64,000 nt of DNA from Vicugna vicugna (taxonomy: Eukaryota): NCBI GenBank assembly GCA_013265495.1, contig MU058584.1:4966508-5030507 (forward strand), written 5' to 3'. The notes beneath the pieces were generated by a model. It was not told the DNA's origin. It did no database searches and saw nothing but the letters and a program-made list of their open reading frames with translations. The position numbers and the translations under genes were made by a program. Below, piece after piece: positions 48,204 to 61,814 of this stretch (positions are counted from its first letter, which is position 1; each line of letters starts with the position of its first letter).

Positions 48204-49719
48204 TCGTCGTTCAGAGAAATTGCTCAAGGGCCCATGTCCCACTGATGGTGGATTAGTGATGTCATCTTCCTACATGAAGGACATTATTCATATCACAGTG
48301 ACTCACACTGTGTGACTCTCCAGGCACTTGCTGGAGGGAAGGGTGGGGATAGAGCTACAAAAATAAGGAGGGTAGAGGAGAAGGACTGAGACTCAGATAA
48401 AATATTTTAAATGGGGAAGCAGCACCCTCTTTAGCTTTGTGAGATGAGAAACGTGGAAGTCACTGCTTGGCTAAATGAAGGACAAGGGGGAGGAAAACTG
48501 GAGAGGGAATTAGAAAAGGCCAGGGGAGGAGATCAATAAAGAAGGATGGAAGCAGAAAAGATACAGGAAAAAGTGGCCTAGGGAGGAGGGAGGAAAGAAG
48601 TGTTATTATTTACCTAGAAGTGAAAGGCTCAAGGTACGGGGATGACCAATAAAACAAGATTAGATTTGCAAAATACATCCAGAGGTCAAATGGGTCCCAG
48701 CAAGAAGGCGTTTAGGAACATCCTAGTCAGTGGTTTTTAAGAATTTGATGAAATTCATGGACAGAAAGAAAGCATATACAATTCCAAATGTTGTGTGCAT
48801 TTTCACGGAATTAATTCATAGATTCCTCTAACGCCAAACCGTGACTCCTCCTCTTAGGAGAGTCTGCCTCGTGTATTCACACACATTATTTTGAGACAGC
48901 GATAGGTCTGGAGCGTCTTCAGACAAGTCTGAAAGTCAAAGAGATTATGAATGTTATCTTTTCGGAGTCTTTTCAACTGGATGAATGTTACTTTCCCAAA
49001 TCTAGCTATGAGCATCCTTACTTGTTTATTCAATATACCTATTTTTAAATATCAGGAAGTGTTGCTAGATTTTGAAAAAAATGACCATTAGTAAAGAATC
49101 CAAGGGTTTTAGGCCAAACAGAAGAGGATAATGGCCTCAAATAATAAAATGTATCATTTGGGTGATAGGCTCTTTCAGGCTGGAAGTAAGAGGTCCACTG
49201 GGGTTTCCTCAGGTAACGGGGCTTGTTAAGTATGCACAGGGGAGTTAAGGAAAATAGGAGTTGCATTGCATGGGTCTCGTGAAGGAAAGGAAGCATCAGA
49301 ATGCCAGACCCTACAGAGACTTCTGATTAGGAACAGGGTCATTTAGGGTCTGGTGTAGCATGAGCACTCTGGTTTTCTTGTCCCCACGCAGCAGCAGGCA
49401 TCTGTTGATTTCTGTCCTGGTGTTTCTCTGTGCTGGTGGCTTTGTCACTCTTTGCTACTCTTCCTGTGTTTCTCCTTAATGGATTCTGCCCATTCAAGTC
49501 TTTTGCCTTGCTATTTCCTCTATCCATTTTTTGGTGTTTTTTTTCCCTCCCATTTTTAAGTGCTGACCTTTTAAAATGTGGCCAAATTGCCCAAGAGTGG
49601 ACTCATAATCACCGTCACCTCTGAGAGATCCTTTCATGGTCATTTTACAGTGGCTGCACCGGGGGCCAGTCTCCATGCCCACATGTCACCATCATGCAGT
49701 CAGAACCTTTTTTCTGGTA

Positions 49720-49930
49720 CAATATCTATAGGATTTTATAGGTTTGCAAAGCTGTGGTCTCACATATCGCATAGTCTGACTCTTAAATCATCTTCCAATT
49801 ATTGTGGCCATTTTACACATGAGGAAATGGAGAGGCAAAGAAGTTAAGGATGAAGCACTGGATCACTCGGCCAACAAGTGGTAAAGCACAGTTAACTCCA
49901 GGTCTTCCAACCCCAAAGTCTTTCCAGACA
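49720..49930 (-). mobile_element. MIR
   Basis: 'ccattttacacatgaggaaatggagaggcaaagaagttaagg'. Confidence 0.7.
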
Positions 49931-50971
49931 CCCATTTAGAAAAGAGAAGCTGGGGGCAGGGCCGAGGGAACATGAGAAGAATTGATGTGGGAATGAAATT
50001 GCTATTTTAGAGGATGAAAACATTAGTTGCGGTTGGGGGAAGCAATGGCAAACACTGGAAGCTAATGATCCGATTAGACTTCAGGCTTAAATGCTAATAC
50101 CAGACCTGTAATATTTCCATGAAGTGGATGGCCAGGGACCAGTTTCTGTCTGTTCTCACCCCTTTTGCTGAACCTCCACCCTGTGCCGTTATGACTTGAA
50201 AAGGAGAGTGGGGAAGAAGACCGTCTCCTGGAAGCCCCAAATTTCCTTTCCAGCCTGCACATTTCAGGGGCTAAAATTCCTTAATAGCTATTTAAGTCAA
50301 TCTCCTTGAAATGTGATGTCCTTGAGAGAAGTCAGCACATCAAATCCCTAATACCTTATGTGCACTAATTTATCAAATTAACTCTTCTCTTAATTAGAGA
50401 AACTACAACAGCCATAAAGAGGAGCAAAAGACCCTGAAAGATAAAGTTAAAGCAACATTTGCTGTAAACCTCACTGGGCAATGGAAAGGAGATTGGGGTA
50501 AAGGGTAAGAGGCATGTAGAGCAAGTTCTCCAGGTACAGCCCACAGGCGCCAGGATGTGTGCTCTCTCACCTGGGAGTTCTTGACCCTGGAGATGAGTGA
50601 TGTCAAAGGAAGAGGGTAAAGGCCACAGCAACATTGTGTTCAGAAGGACCTACAGGAGATCCCCTGTGCTGCAAAGCTTCTCCGGTCCCAGTGTCCTTTA
50701 GGAATGTGCCTGTGCAAGCTGAAGGTCACTCCAGCTCTGACTCCTAGTGCTTGAGGTCCCCTGACGTCCTCAAAGTCATTTGGAGGTTTTGAACACTGCA
50801 TGTTTCTTTTCTTACCTTCTTCTTTCTTTTCCTTTGTGGATTCATCAGCATGATGCGTCTGTCTGACTCAGACACTAATAGTAGAAACTTCTACGTTGAC
50901 TCCCACTCTTCTCATCAAAATGAGGACAGCATGGGACTTCTCTGTGCTGCCTACTCTCATGAACTCTTTAT

Positions 50972-51150
50972 TAGTGGCTCTCAACATTTAACAGGCTTAA
51001 GAGTCACTCTGGGAGCTGGTTAAATTGTGGATTTCCAGGTCTCATCTGTCAGATGCTTTGGATTAGAATTTTCAGAAGACAAGCATTTTTAATCAAGCAT
51101 CTCAGGATACATTGACACAAATGATATTTCGGTTATGCAAGAGAAACTTC
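50972..51150. mobile_element. MER5-like MITE
   Basis: 'tagtggctctcaac...gagtcactctgggagctggttaaa...gcatttttaatcaagcatctcagg...gagaaac'. Confidence 0.65.
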
Positions 51151-54100
51151 AGTTTGGCTGGGTTTTGGTTTATTTTTACTAAGTCGTATAATGGCATTTA
51201 CTTCATTAGATTGTAAGTTTCTTGAGTGTAGAGACCACGTCTACATTCTGCCATAATTCTTAGCACAGTGTCTAGCATAGGGTAGGTTAAATTCAGTTAC
51301 CCAGAGCTCTAGGTAATTTTTTTGTTAGTCTGCGCCTGGGAACTGAAGAGCTAAGCTTGGCTCTAAGTCTCTGCAGCTACTGAAGAGATTGCGGTTACAT
51401 GGCATGGGGGGGCTTTTGGCATGAGGTCCTTGGCAGGTGGTAAGGCAGTGATGTTAGTTTGCAGAACATCAAATTCTGCCTGAACTGTTTTATATATATA
51501 CACACACACACATTTTTAAGAATCGACAGAATGCGGTAATCCAATCAAAGGACAGTCGAATGTGCTGACATATATTTAAGAAATCAGTCATGTAAGTTAT
51601 AAATAATAAGTACTGAAATGTTACATTTTTATGTGACCCTTTAAAGTCTTTGCTCCAGAAGCAACTTAAGTGTTCATTTTTTGTGTTTCCAATCATGCCT
51701 TACATTGAGTAGGCCCTCATTTTACAATAATAATAATAATGGATGATCTCTCCTATCCAACTTCTGTTCTTAGCAAGAAGTCTAATTTAGCAAGCATTCT
51801 ATCTAATGAGTTCTCATCTATTATTATGATACCAGTCCTCAGTGTCTTATGTACTGATATGGCGTGGAAGTTTGCACATAGTCATGACCTGGTAAGAGCA
51901 TCAGCTAAGTTCTAAGTGTGCCCTGAGCGGACACAATGACTGGTAGAAAAGTTCACTCAAATGCCTCTGATTCCAATGGAGATAGTAGGTATCCATAGAT
52001 AGTAGCAGGTAGAGAATCGGCCCTTTGGTAGAAATATCAGGCTAGTGTTAATGGTCAAGACTTAGCTAAACATCTTAAAAAAATTAACTCCTTGGCACAC
52101 AAACCAGGAGTCATTCCACCCGAATTACATATAGGAAAGAGAAATTGAATACTCAAGATATTCAAGACACCATCTTCACAGATTTCCAGAGGAAATCAAG
52201 CAATTTTAGCCAAGTTTCTAAGGCAACCTCAGAGGTGTATGACATCCAGAACCTGGAACACACATACAGGTGAGTAGATTGTATAAGCATTTTCTTTGAG
52301 AAGAAAATGGACTAAATCAAGAAACCACTGGTTCAAAATAAAATTTTGTCTACGACCGTGTTCCATCATTTGGCATCACATAAAATGTTACTAGTATGAA
52401 CCCCTGAGAAGCAATTAAACCAAATTAAGAAGTTAACCCTGGAGTCCCTCACATTGGAAGGGATTTGCTGAACATCTGCTGACAGGAAGTTCTGTTGAGA
52501 CTCACTTCTCTTTTAATGCCTTACCTATTAAGTGCGTTCGCAAAGAGGCAGGATGCTTACTGCTCGAAATGTCAGCAGCACCTGCTGCACCTCAATTTTC
52601 TCAATGAAAAAACTTAGGCTCCTACCCACTGTAGGAAGCGCCATCTGGTTCAGTGATGTTTTTATTGATTTCCAGGTTCTCCTATGAAACAAGGCATAGG
52701 CGGTGTGGGATTCTTAAGGCTTCTTTAGATTTTAACCTTTCGAATAAAAATAAATGATTGGAAGAAGAATCAGATGATTCCTACTGTCCTAAGCTGCTTG
52801 TCCTGACAGCTCAACTATTCATGCTTGATGAATTGTCTGTCAGCTGAGCATCATTCTATCTAATTTAAGGGAAAATTTCCTCTTGGACTGGATAATTCAT
52901 GCTCAAGAGGGCAGAACAAATGTTTGTCCACTTAGGACCTTGCCCTGAATAATTTATGTGTCATCTGGTCAAGTTTGGGCTAATGGATAAACTGTTCAAA
53001 GAGCTACTCTTCAGTCCAAAGCTGGGGCCTCTTCTCTTCTCATCCCCTTCAGTTTCCCTAAGGCAAATCTTATAGCTCCCCTTCCCCATGAAGCCCTTCT
53101 GACACCTTCCATGCCTCAGGCTTTTTTGTTCCAGCTCTTATAAATAAGGATTTTAAAATCAATTTTCTTATAGTTGTCCAAATTTTTTTTTCCTAATTGT
53201 TGGCTGCTTTGATGGGATGCCTGTTAGAAATCTACGTGGACAAGTGGATGCTCTGAGTTCAGGAGGGAGTTCTGGGCTGGCAATATGCATTCCCAAGGGA
53301 GGAAGTGGCTGACAAAATAGATGAGGTGCAATTATCATTCACTCCCTGAAGCGTTCTTCTTACTTAGCTTCTGTGATGCTGTTCTGTCTTCCAACCTCTG
53401 TCGCATCTTCCTGGTTCCCTGGCAGACTCCTCATCCTACATACACACCTTTAATGGTATCCCACAGGGTCTTTTCTGCTGTATTTATCATACTCTTCTCA
53501 CTCTTCTTGTCTTTAACCACCATCCTGCACCATCACGTGCTACTGCGACACTCGAATTATTAGCTTATCTATCTCAACTGTGAGCTCCTTCATGGTGGTG
53601 ACTGTATAGCACCTGACTATGGTGGGTATTTAATGAATATTTGAGGGATGAATGAAAGCCTTTATTCATTTATTTTCTTGTCCTACAAAAACAAGTAAAA
53701 CCCAATCATGCATGCCATTGCAGGAAAGCGTCTTGGCGATTAATAACAGGAGGGTATCTTCCCATGAGAAATTATTATAAATGATGATAAAGTACTAAGG
53801 CTAGTTCCCAAGACCTCTTTTACTCAAAGTAGGAAGATAATTATACCATTTCAACTGCATCAGATGATATGCATAACATGGTTACCAGGAGGAAAATGTA
53901 CTTAGAATTGTTTAAGCTACCGACTAGAAAATCTTTGCTATACAATTTCCCCCTAATTAGTAGTCTCTCTATAGTTGGTCCTGTCCTTGGTGTTTTATTT
54001 TGATTTCACTACATTACCATTTCTTTGATTCAGGGCCTTTATCCCTAATCCACATAAATTCATGGATCAAATGTAGAAGACAATCAGATAAAAGACACCA

Positions 54101-54684
54101 GGACAGAAAAACAAAAAGAAAAGAAAAAAACCATAAGCCTTAACGCTCAAATGAAACCTGAGCAGATCCAGTGACGAGGGAGAAATGCATGGGAAAGAGG
54201 GCAGGAGAGGGTAAAGTGCCAGCTGAAAATAGACTCTTATTTAGATCCTCGCTGAACCTACCCACAGAGAACGAGCAGAGACGGCCAAGGTGGGTGCTGG
54301 AGACACAGATAACACGTGATGATAATAAACGTCGGGGGAGCCATCAGCATGTTTCCGATGGTATAGAATTGGCTCTTTGATGGTTTTTGAGAGCTTCTTG
54401 CAGAAGGCCACCCTCAGGAGGCTCATTTAACTTTACTTGGCTTTTTAGCTAAATTAACTATGTTTTTCTCAGCTGGATGCAGAAAATTGAGTCAAGGAAG
54501 AAACCTGTACTCTCTTGGGGAAACCCCACTTACTTTTGTTGAGAAACATGAGAAGCAATCAGGTCAGCTGTTACCTTTGAGGGTCAGGTGTCTTCTGGAG
54601 ACATAGGCTCTTTTTCAGAGTGTTTCCTGGGTCAGCTCTTGGGTGGCCTCAGATGCACAGTAAGCATATGGACTCTTCAAAGTA

Positions 54685-54768
54685 GCGTGTGTGCGTGTGC
54701 GTGTGTGTGTGTCTGTGTGCGTGTGTGTGTCTGTGTGTGTGTGTGTGCGTGTGTGTGTGCGTGTGTGC
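54685..54768. repeat. Compound (TG)n/(CG) microsatellite
   Basis: About 84 bp of almost uninterrupted purine-pyrimidine alternation. Confidence 0.95.
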
Positions 54769-55239
54769 AGAGGGTGGTGGGTGGAGTACTCCCCTGCCCC
54801 CATGGTCAGAAGTAAGAGGGACAGGGAAAATCTGCTTCTAAATCTGAAAGGTGCATATTAAACTTTATGGCAGTGTCTGTCCACAATATCCTAAGGCAGT
54901 TTCTGCCCAGATTCTCTCCGCATAATACCACAGAAAAGGTCAAACTGTTTCCTCCTCTGCATTCTCTGTCAATACAGACTGTCCTGTAACAGGCTCAGAA
55001 ATCACATTGCTTGGCAGAGGGGATTCCTTCCTCCCAGCTCTCAGAAGGGAGCGGAGACCTCTTGCCTGTCAGATGCAAGAAGGAGGGCGATGGTCCCTTC
55101 CTGCCTCAGGGTGATGCCCAGGGGCTGAGCTGACCTGGGAAAAGTGAGACAGTTAAGATGCTGAGGGTTAAAAGGCCAGTCACATGTAACTTGACTGAAG
55201 GAGACGATATACAGACTGGATGGGGACCCATTCGGGCAA

Positions 55240-55545
55240 GTTAATCGTCATGTCCAAATATTTGAAGGGCCATTGTCTAGTAGAGTAAGAATAGAGTCAT
55301 TTTTTTATTGCTCCAAAGGCAGGACAGGGGGACAGTCGCCACATCTGTGACAGTTGCAGGGGACAGATGCTGGCACAGTATGAGAAATCATTCTGTCAGG
55401 AATGCTGCCAATATTCCAATGGGCTTCCTGAGGAAGTGGTGGACACCCATCACCAGGTGTATTTAAACAGAGATACGGTCAGCATGTGCAGGATGGTTGG
55501 TGGGACTCCCGTCCGGGCAGACAAGGACCTCGAGGAGTCTAAGCT
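55240..55545 (+). mobile_element. CR1/L3 LINE 3' remnant
   Basis: 'tccaaatatttgaagggccattgt...ttgctccaaaggcaggac...aatgggcttcctgaggaagtggtggacacccatcaccaggtgtatttaaacagag' matches the CR1/L3 3' end pattern. Confidence 0.75.
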
Positions 55546-56721
55546 TCCTCCCTTTGTCTTGTTGTCTTTGCATTTTCCTCCAGGTACATTGGAGATAATT
55601 GCTATCATCTATCTTGCAGGAACTAGAGTGGAGTCAGGTGAAGCAGTCTATATACTTGGAACTCTGATGCTTTAAAACTGCTTTGCAAGCTCAGAATGTT
55701 GTATCTGAGGATGCCCTTCTGGGTCTCATTATCTTCCATTTCGAAAAGTAATATTTCCAGAGCACAGTGTACTGTCCTTCAAGGACATCGTACTTTCTAG
55801 TCACCCTGAAGGTGGACTGTGGTGACAAGGTTTCCTTAGTTCCTCGTGCCTTCTCCTTCCTGGGTGCCCAGCACCCTGTTCTGTTGAGAAAGCAAGTGGG
55901 AGAATGTGTTGGACAAGTGTTTAGCAAGTGGGAGGCCAGGAAACAGGGCCAGCTTAGAGATAAATGTCCCCTCCCAGAAAACAAAAATGTTTTTCTAGTC
56001 TGTCTGGATTTTAATGTGTGATCCACTGTGGAGGAAACTGAGACTCTCTTGTTAGCTGTGTCCTGCGCCCCCTGTGTTCTCGGCGGGGAATGCACCCGGC
56101 ACCACGCCCCTGCCCTGTTCTCCCTGGAAGCCTGAGCCGGTGACCGGAACACACCTCTTCTCACACGTTGTCTGTTCTCCTCTAAGTTCAGGTTTGTCCC
56201 ATCGCCTCTCCCGTGCTGTTTATCAGTGCTTTGTGGAGAGAATCGTGATTCCTTTGAACAGTTCTGAAGCTTTGCTATAAGAGCGCTTTGTGCCCATTCT
56301 CCCATCCCTCCAGCCCTCGGAAGAGGGGAGGGTCCCATCTCCTATTTGGGTCTTTCAAATAGTGAGGGTCAAAATAGGCCCTTCAACCCGGGAGAGAGAG
56401 TCTCTGTTCCCACGTCACTAGAATGCCTTTCAGTTGGCCAGCTGTGTACACATCTAACTGAGGCCAGTGCTTCAGCCAAAGAATGTCCAAAGAATGGACA
56501 AATGGGCACAGCTACCCTGTTCTGACTGCACTGTAGCACTGCTGTTTCCCTCCAGTCTGATGCTTTGGGTTCCAACCCTACCCTGAGCAGACACAGGAAG
56601 ATCTGAGTCCCTTCTGTGGCCTTAAGAAAGAGATGGTCCAGGTGTCCTCTCCAGTTACAGCCACTGCCAGGGCAAATGCTTTCCCTTGTTATTCCTCCCC
56701 CATCTCTCTCTCTCACACACA

Positions 56722-56765
56722 CACACCCCTGAACACACACACTCACACCCCTGAACACACACACT
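56722..56765. repeat. Perfect 22-bp tandem duplication within a (CA)n tract
   Basis: CACACCCCTGAACACACACACT occurs twice in tandem. Confidence 0.9.
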
Positions 56766-57235
56766 CACATATAAAGAAGGCTGTACCCTCACTCAGCATC
56801 TCCCAGACTTCCTTTTCCCCTCGCCCAATCTTCTCTAGTTTCTAGCAAAAAGTGACATTAACAAGGAAGACCACCAACTTTACATGGGCTGACTTTAAAG
56901 AACTAAGACTTACATACCTGAATGAACTGTTGCTTTGATATATCTCTTTGACAATTAGGGAACCAGGTCTTGGGGTCATGGCATGAAGAGCAGTTTGGGT
57001 AAAATGCAGAAGACATTTGGGAATGAAAACATTTGTTGGGGAAGCTCTGAATCCTACTTTTTGGAAAGGAAGCTTGCTGGTGAGGAACGATTTTTTTCTA
57101 ACAGGGTTAAGTCAGCTGAATGATTTCAGACCTGGGAGTGGTACAAAATTACACGCAGGACAGCCAGGCCTAGAGTTACTAATAATTCCCTAACCTAATT
57201 CCTACCTCCAGAAAAGCTTCTGTTAATTATTTTTG

Positions 57236-57435
57236 TTTTCTTCCTTCCTTGCTTCCCTCCTTCCTTCCTCCTTCCTTCCTTCCTTCCCTCCTTCCTTCCT
57301 CCTTCCTTTCCCTTTCTTTCTTTTCTTTTCTCTTTTCTTTTCTTTTTTCTTTCTTTTCTTTCCTTTCTCTTCCTTCCTTCCTTTCTTTCTTTCACTTTCT
57401 TTCTTTCTCTCTCTCTTTCTTTCTTTTTCTTTTTT
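57236..57435. repeat. About 200-bp polypyrimidine (CCTT)n/(CTTT)n tract
   Basis: Only two purines (G57251, A57394) in about 200 nt. Confidence 0.95.
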
Positions 57436-57689
57436 AGCTTTCAATCCATCTGAAACAGCCCCAAAGATGCTGCTAAAAGTTTTAATCATCTAAATAATGA
57501 TAATAATATTTATCGATCACTTACTATATGACAGGGGAAAAAAGAAACAATGGCTAATTCCCTCTCCTCACAAAGCTTATATTCTACTGGGAAGAGATAG
57601 AATGATAAACAATTAAAAATTGTTTAGTGTTATATGGAATTAAAATGAGTCAATGAGATAGAAAGGGATTAGGTGACAGTAAGGTTTTT

Positions 57690-58145
57690 TTGGTAGAAAT
57701 TAATAATTGGATTTACATGGAGATACAAAGAGCCTATAATAGTCAAAGCCAACTTTATTTGTAGAAGGGCTTAACACTGCCAGATTTCAAGACTTACTAT
57801 AACGTAGCAGTAATCAAGACAGCATGGTCTCAGCATATATATATTATATATATGATATATATATGAGACATAGATCAATGAGAATAGAATCCACATATGT
57901 GTGGTCAATTTATTTTTGATAAAGGAGACAAAGCAATTCAACAGGGAAAGAATAATCCTTATAACAAAAGATATGAAAACAATTGATGTCCAAATGCCAA
58001 AAAAATTCCTCAAATCTTACCTCATACTAGATATAAATATAAACTTGATATGGATCATCATAGGCCTAAATGTAAGAGCTAAAACTGTGAAACTGTTAGG
58101 TGAAAATCTAAAAGAAAATCTCACTGACCTTGGGTTAAGCCAAAG
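57690..58145 (+). mobile_element. Old L1M ORF2 fragment between L2 pieces
   Basis: 'acactgccagatttcaagacttactataacgtagcagtaatcaagacagcatggt...tggatcatcataggcctaaatgtaagagctaaaactgtgaaactgttag'. Confidence 0.85.
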
Positions 58146-60280
58146 TAGGGGAGGGGTAGTGAGGAACCGGACATGAATGGAGAAGTGGGCAGGGCTGATC
58201 ATGTTTAGGTTTAATTTGTCAAGAATATTTCATAAGGTCATCTAATACTTCCATGAAGAGGTTTGTAATGTTTGGTTGTCTCTTGATTTATGTTTGGAAA
58301 GGTCACTCTGACTCTTGTTTGGAGAACGTTTTTTAGTGAGGTCTGTGGGTAAACAGGGAGTCCAGAAAGAAGGCTCTTGTAACAACTGTGATAAGAGAAA
58401 ATTGGTGCCTCGCAAAGAGGTGGTACCAGTAGAGATGGAAAGAAGATGCAGGATGTGTTTAGGGAGCAAGGTGAATGGACTTGCCGATGGATGGAGGTAG
58501 TGGGTGATGGGGAGAGAGATGGGACTCGGAGAAGCTGCTGAATTTTGGCTTCAACCATCGCTATGTCGGGGTAGATGGAACATTTGCCTGTAACTTGATA
58601 ATTTGCAGAAGACTTTCAGACATATTATCTCTTGTTTTTACCACAATCCTTGAGAGGTAGTTAAAAATATAATTTCTATTCTACAAATAAGGAAATGCAG
58701 CCTCTGTGAGTACAGATTTTTTTTCTATCCACACAGCTAGTGAGTGGAAAGGCTATGTGTGAAACTTGGATTTCTTGATTCAGTCAGTTGGTTGCTTATT
58801 TCCTGACTGAATTGTCTTCCTGAAGCCAGAAGGAATCTTGTACATGAGAACTGTCTCCATGGCCGAATACAGCCGCACATCTTGATTCTTCTCTGCTACA
58901 GCTCTATTTCAGGTTAATTTACCTCATACTTACGACTTTGACATTCAAACAGCTTAACAGCTATTTCAGACATCTATTTCTGCTAAAGGATGCACTGTCC
59001 CTATTTTTGGAAGCTGGATGACGCAGAAGAAAGGTAATGCAATAGGGAACCTTTTGCCCCTCTTAAATCACTGACTCAAATCATCACCAGGTTACCAGGG
59101 ATCCAAATATATACTGTCTAATGATGCCCACAAAAATGCCAGGACACAGTTATATTCCTCTTTAATGTTTTAATAGCATTTATATAGAATCATAAAGACT
59201 GTTTTTCTGAAAAATAGTTTTAGATATTCTGCGGACATTACCTCCACTACTTTTTGCAATAATACTGAAAAACTCAAGGAGGTTTAATTTCCCCAAATCT
59301 CTAGAAAGAGCCTGTTTGAATATTTGACTCCAACTCTGTGAAGCCAAAGGTTGTGATCTTTCCACCATGATATTGTTTATTGGAGAGAAGAAATCCAACT
59401 CTGGTGTTCTTGTCCCTTTGACATTTAGCGTTCCCCCGAGTAGCCACGTTTCCAGTGATGGAAAGCAGGAACGAGTCTCCACAATTGGTTCCTTCAGCAA
59501 AGAATTTATTATGTGGAAGCATCATAAAATTTTGATCTTAGACTTTCTTCTAAGTCACGCCCACAGCAATGATCTTTGATCTTCTGCAGGCATGACATCC
59601 GTTCATTATTTTCTTTATATGACCCGCCCCCCCCAACATTCCTCCTCACAAGTGCTCTGTGAACAACTTCAGTGTTCAATGTAAGTGGATTAAAATAAAA
59701 TTTTACCAATTGTCCTCATTAGAGATTTTTGTTAAATGCTCTGGGAATTTAAAGAACCAGTGATCTGTTAACTTTAGATCTTTGTTTGAACACTGCCTAC
59801 TGACACCTTTCCAAAGAAGACACAGGGTAATCAATGCAAACCCTGGGGAAGTTTGATTAACAAAGCTAACCCAGGGCCACATTTAACCTATGTTCAAGAA
59901 GGAAGAGCTAAGCCTTGATATTTTTAGTGGAAAACTGATTTGAAATGTAGACAACAAAATTTAAATGTAAGTTATTTTAAACATGTACCTGCTTTGGGAT
60001 TTTTCCTGCTTTCATCATCACATGATGGCAATCAGCTGAGTTTCACTGTGACTAACCCTAAACCCCTCCACCAGGCTGGGAATAGGACGTCAGGCTCTGG
60101 TAGTGAGAGCTAGATGGAGCTATAGTGCAATCCCATCAGCTGCCCAATTACTAACAGCTTGACTGTAATGAAAGAAGGTTCTGGAACATCAAATTCAGCT
60201 CTGTGTTGCTTGTGTTTTCTCTAAATGCAATATAACACAACAAAATGAAGAGCTTTCTCTCCTCTCACTCTAATATACCT

Positions 60281-60323
60281 ATGCATGCATGCGTGAGATC
60301 ACATGAACACATGCGTGTGCATG

Positions 60324-60350
<27 letters not shown>
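60281..60350. repeat. (ATGC)n / (CA)n microsatellite
   Basis: atgcatgcatgc...gtgtgcatgcacac followed by a (CA)n run. Confidence 0.85.
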
Positions 60351-60354
<4 letters not shown>

Positions 60355-61814
60355 GTAGAATAAATAGTTGGGAATCACTAGTCTTGGGCCTTCTGAAGGT
60401 TTCCAAAGTGACATACATGCCTTCTACCCGATGTCCCGGATTCAGCAGTGGTTGTTTCATCTAGTGGTGAAACCTTTCATCAAAGGTGCTAACGTTTTTA
60501 TAGATCACATGTGAGATGAGGTCAGAGACTACTTCGTGAATGGCTTGTCATCTGGCAGGAAGGACAGTGGTATCTTACAGCTGGATAGGGACACTGGAAG
60601 TTTTTCAGTTCAACTTCGCACTTGAGAATGTTGAGAGTTCATTCTTTAATTTTGATAAAGCATTTTACTGCCAGAAATTTGTCTATTTGCAAACATTAAG
60701 GAAGGCCAGGAAAACGTTTGTGGTGTCAGAAGGCTGAAGTTGGTGCCCATGACTGTTTTCTTATAGACAGTGTATGATGCTGTGAAATAGAAGGCCTAGG
60801 AGATTAACAAAATGGTACTTTCCAAGTGAGTACTGCTACGTCACATGGCATCCTGTAGGGGGAGCTGAGCCATCCAACAGCTTTAGCTAGCGTTTGAGGC
60901 AATGAAACTTTTCCTCTCCACACCCCTCCTTTCTTTATCCCTCTTTCCTCAGCCTTCTGGCTGTTGTAATGGTCATAAATACCTCACTGACTTGATACAA
61001 GAAGGACAGATTCTACAGAGCATAGGGAAGAGAAAGACAATGATGGAACAGGTGATGTATACATGCTAGATGGCCTCTAGGAAATTTTCCCTTCCCCCAG
61101 TTTTTCCTCTTTAGCCTGCCTGAGAGTCACACACATCATTTTCCAAGATGAGATTTACTTCTGAATTGAGGCCATTTTTTAATCCTTAGGAACTTGCAAA
61201 AGTGCCTATGTCTTTGGCCAGATAGTATGTCTGGGACTCCTGAAAACAATTTAAAAGGAAGTGAGAAAAAATAAGTTATTAGATGGCAGAGGATAGAGCC
61301 CTAAAAAATAAGTGGAGGTCTAGGTAACTTTTGACAGAAGGAGAAGCCGTAGCTGTAACAGGGTGGAGGTGAAGCCTGGCTTTAGGAGTGGACGTCTGAA
61401 CGAGGTACCCTTGGGAGTCCTGGGTAACTGGAGTTATCTAAAGGGCCGACCTTCTGGAGGAGGAGTGAGAAATGTGAAGAAGGGGAGCGGGAAGAATATA
61501 AAGAAACTCACTTTACTTGGGTTTAAGTTCTCTTGAGATTTTTGTCTCGGTACCTGAGATTCCAGTTTCATCATAAGTGAAAATAAAATTTTTCAGTGCT
61601 TACAAAGTCCCTTCCATGGAGCATCACTAGTAGGTGCCAATTTAATGTTCTTTCTCCATCCTCCCACTATTACTTTCTAACGGGCTTTATTTTGTTAGTA
61701 TGTACAACTTTCTTTAGAGAGCCGTGTGTCTAGGGAAGCCTGGTGCTGGGCCAGTTCGGGGCTTCATACTGATGTTCTAAGTCAGTCAGTGTGGTTTTGC
61801 CCTCTTAGGAGTCT

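Noticed and set aside
55691..56338. Longest ORF in the window (215 aa, minus strand)
   Set aside because: No recognisable domain or exon boundaries; plausible by chance in a GC-richer patch. BLASTp or PhyloCSF would settle it.
57195..57493. Lys/Arg/Glu-rich and Phe/Ser/Leu-rich ORFs
   Set aside because: Translations of the polypyrimidine microsatellite.
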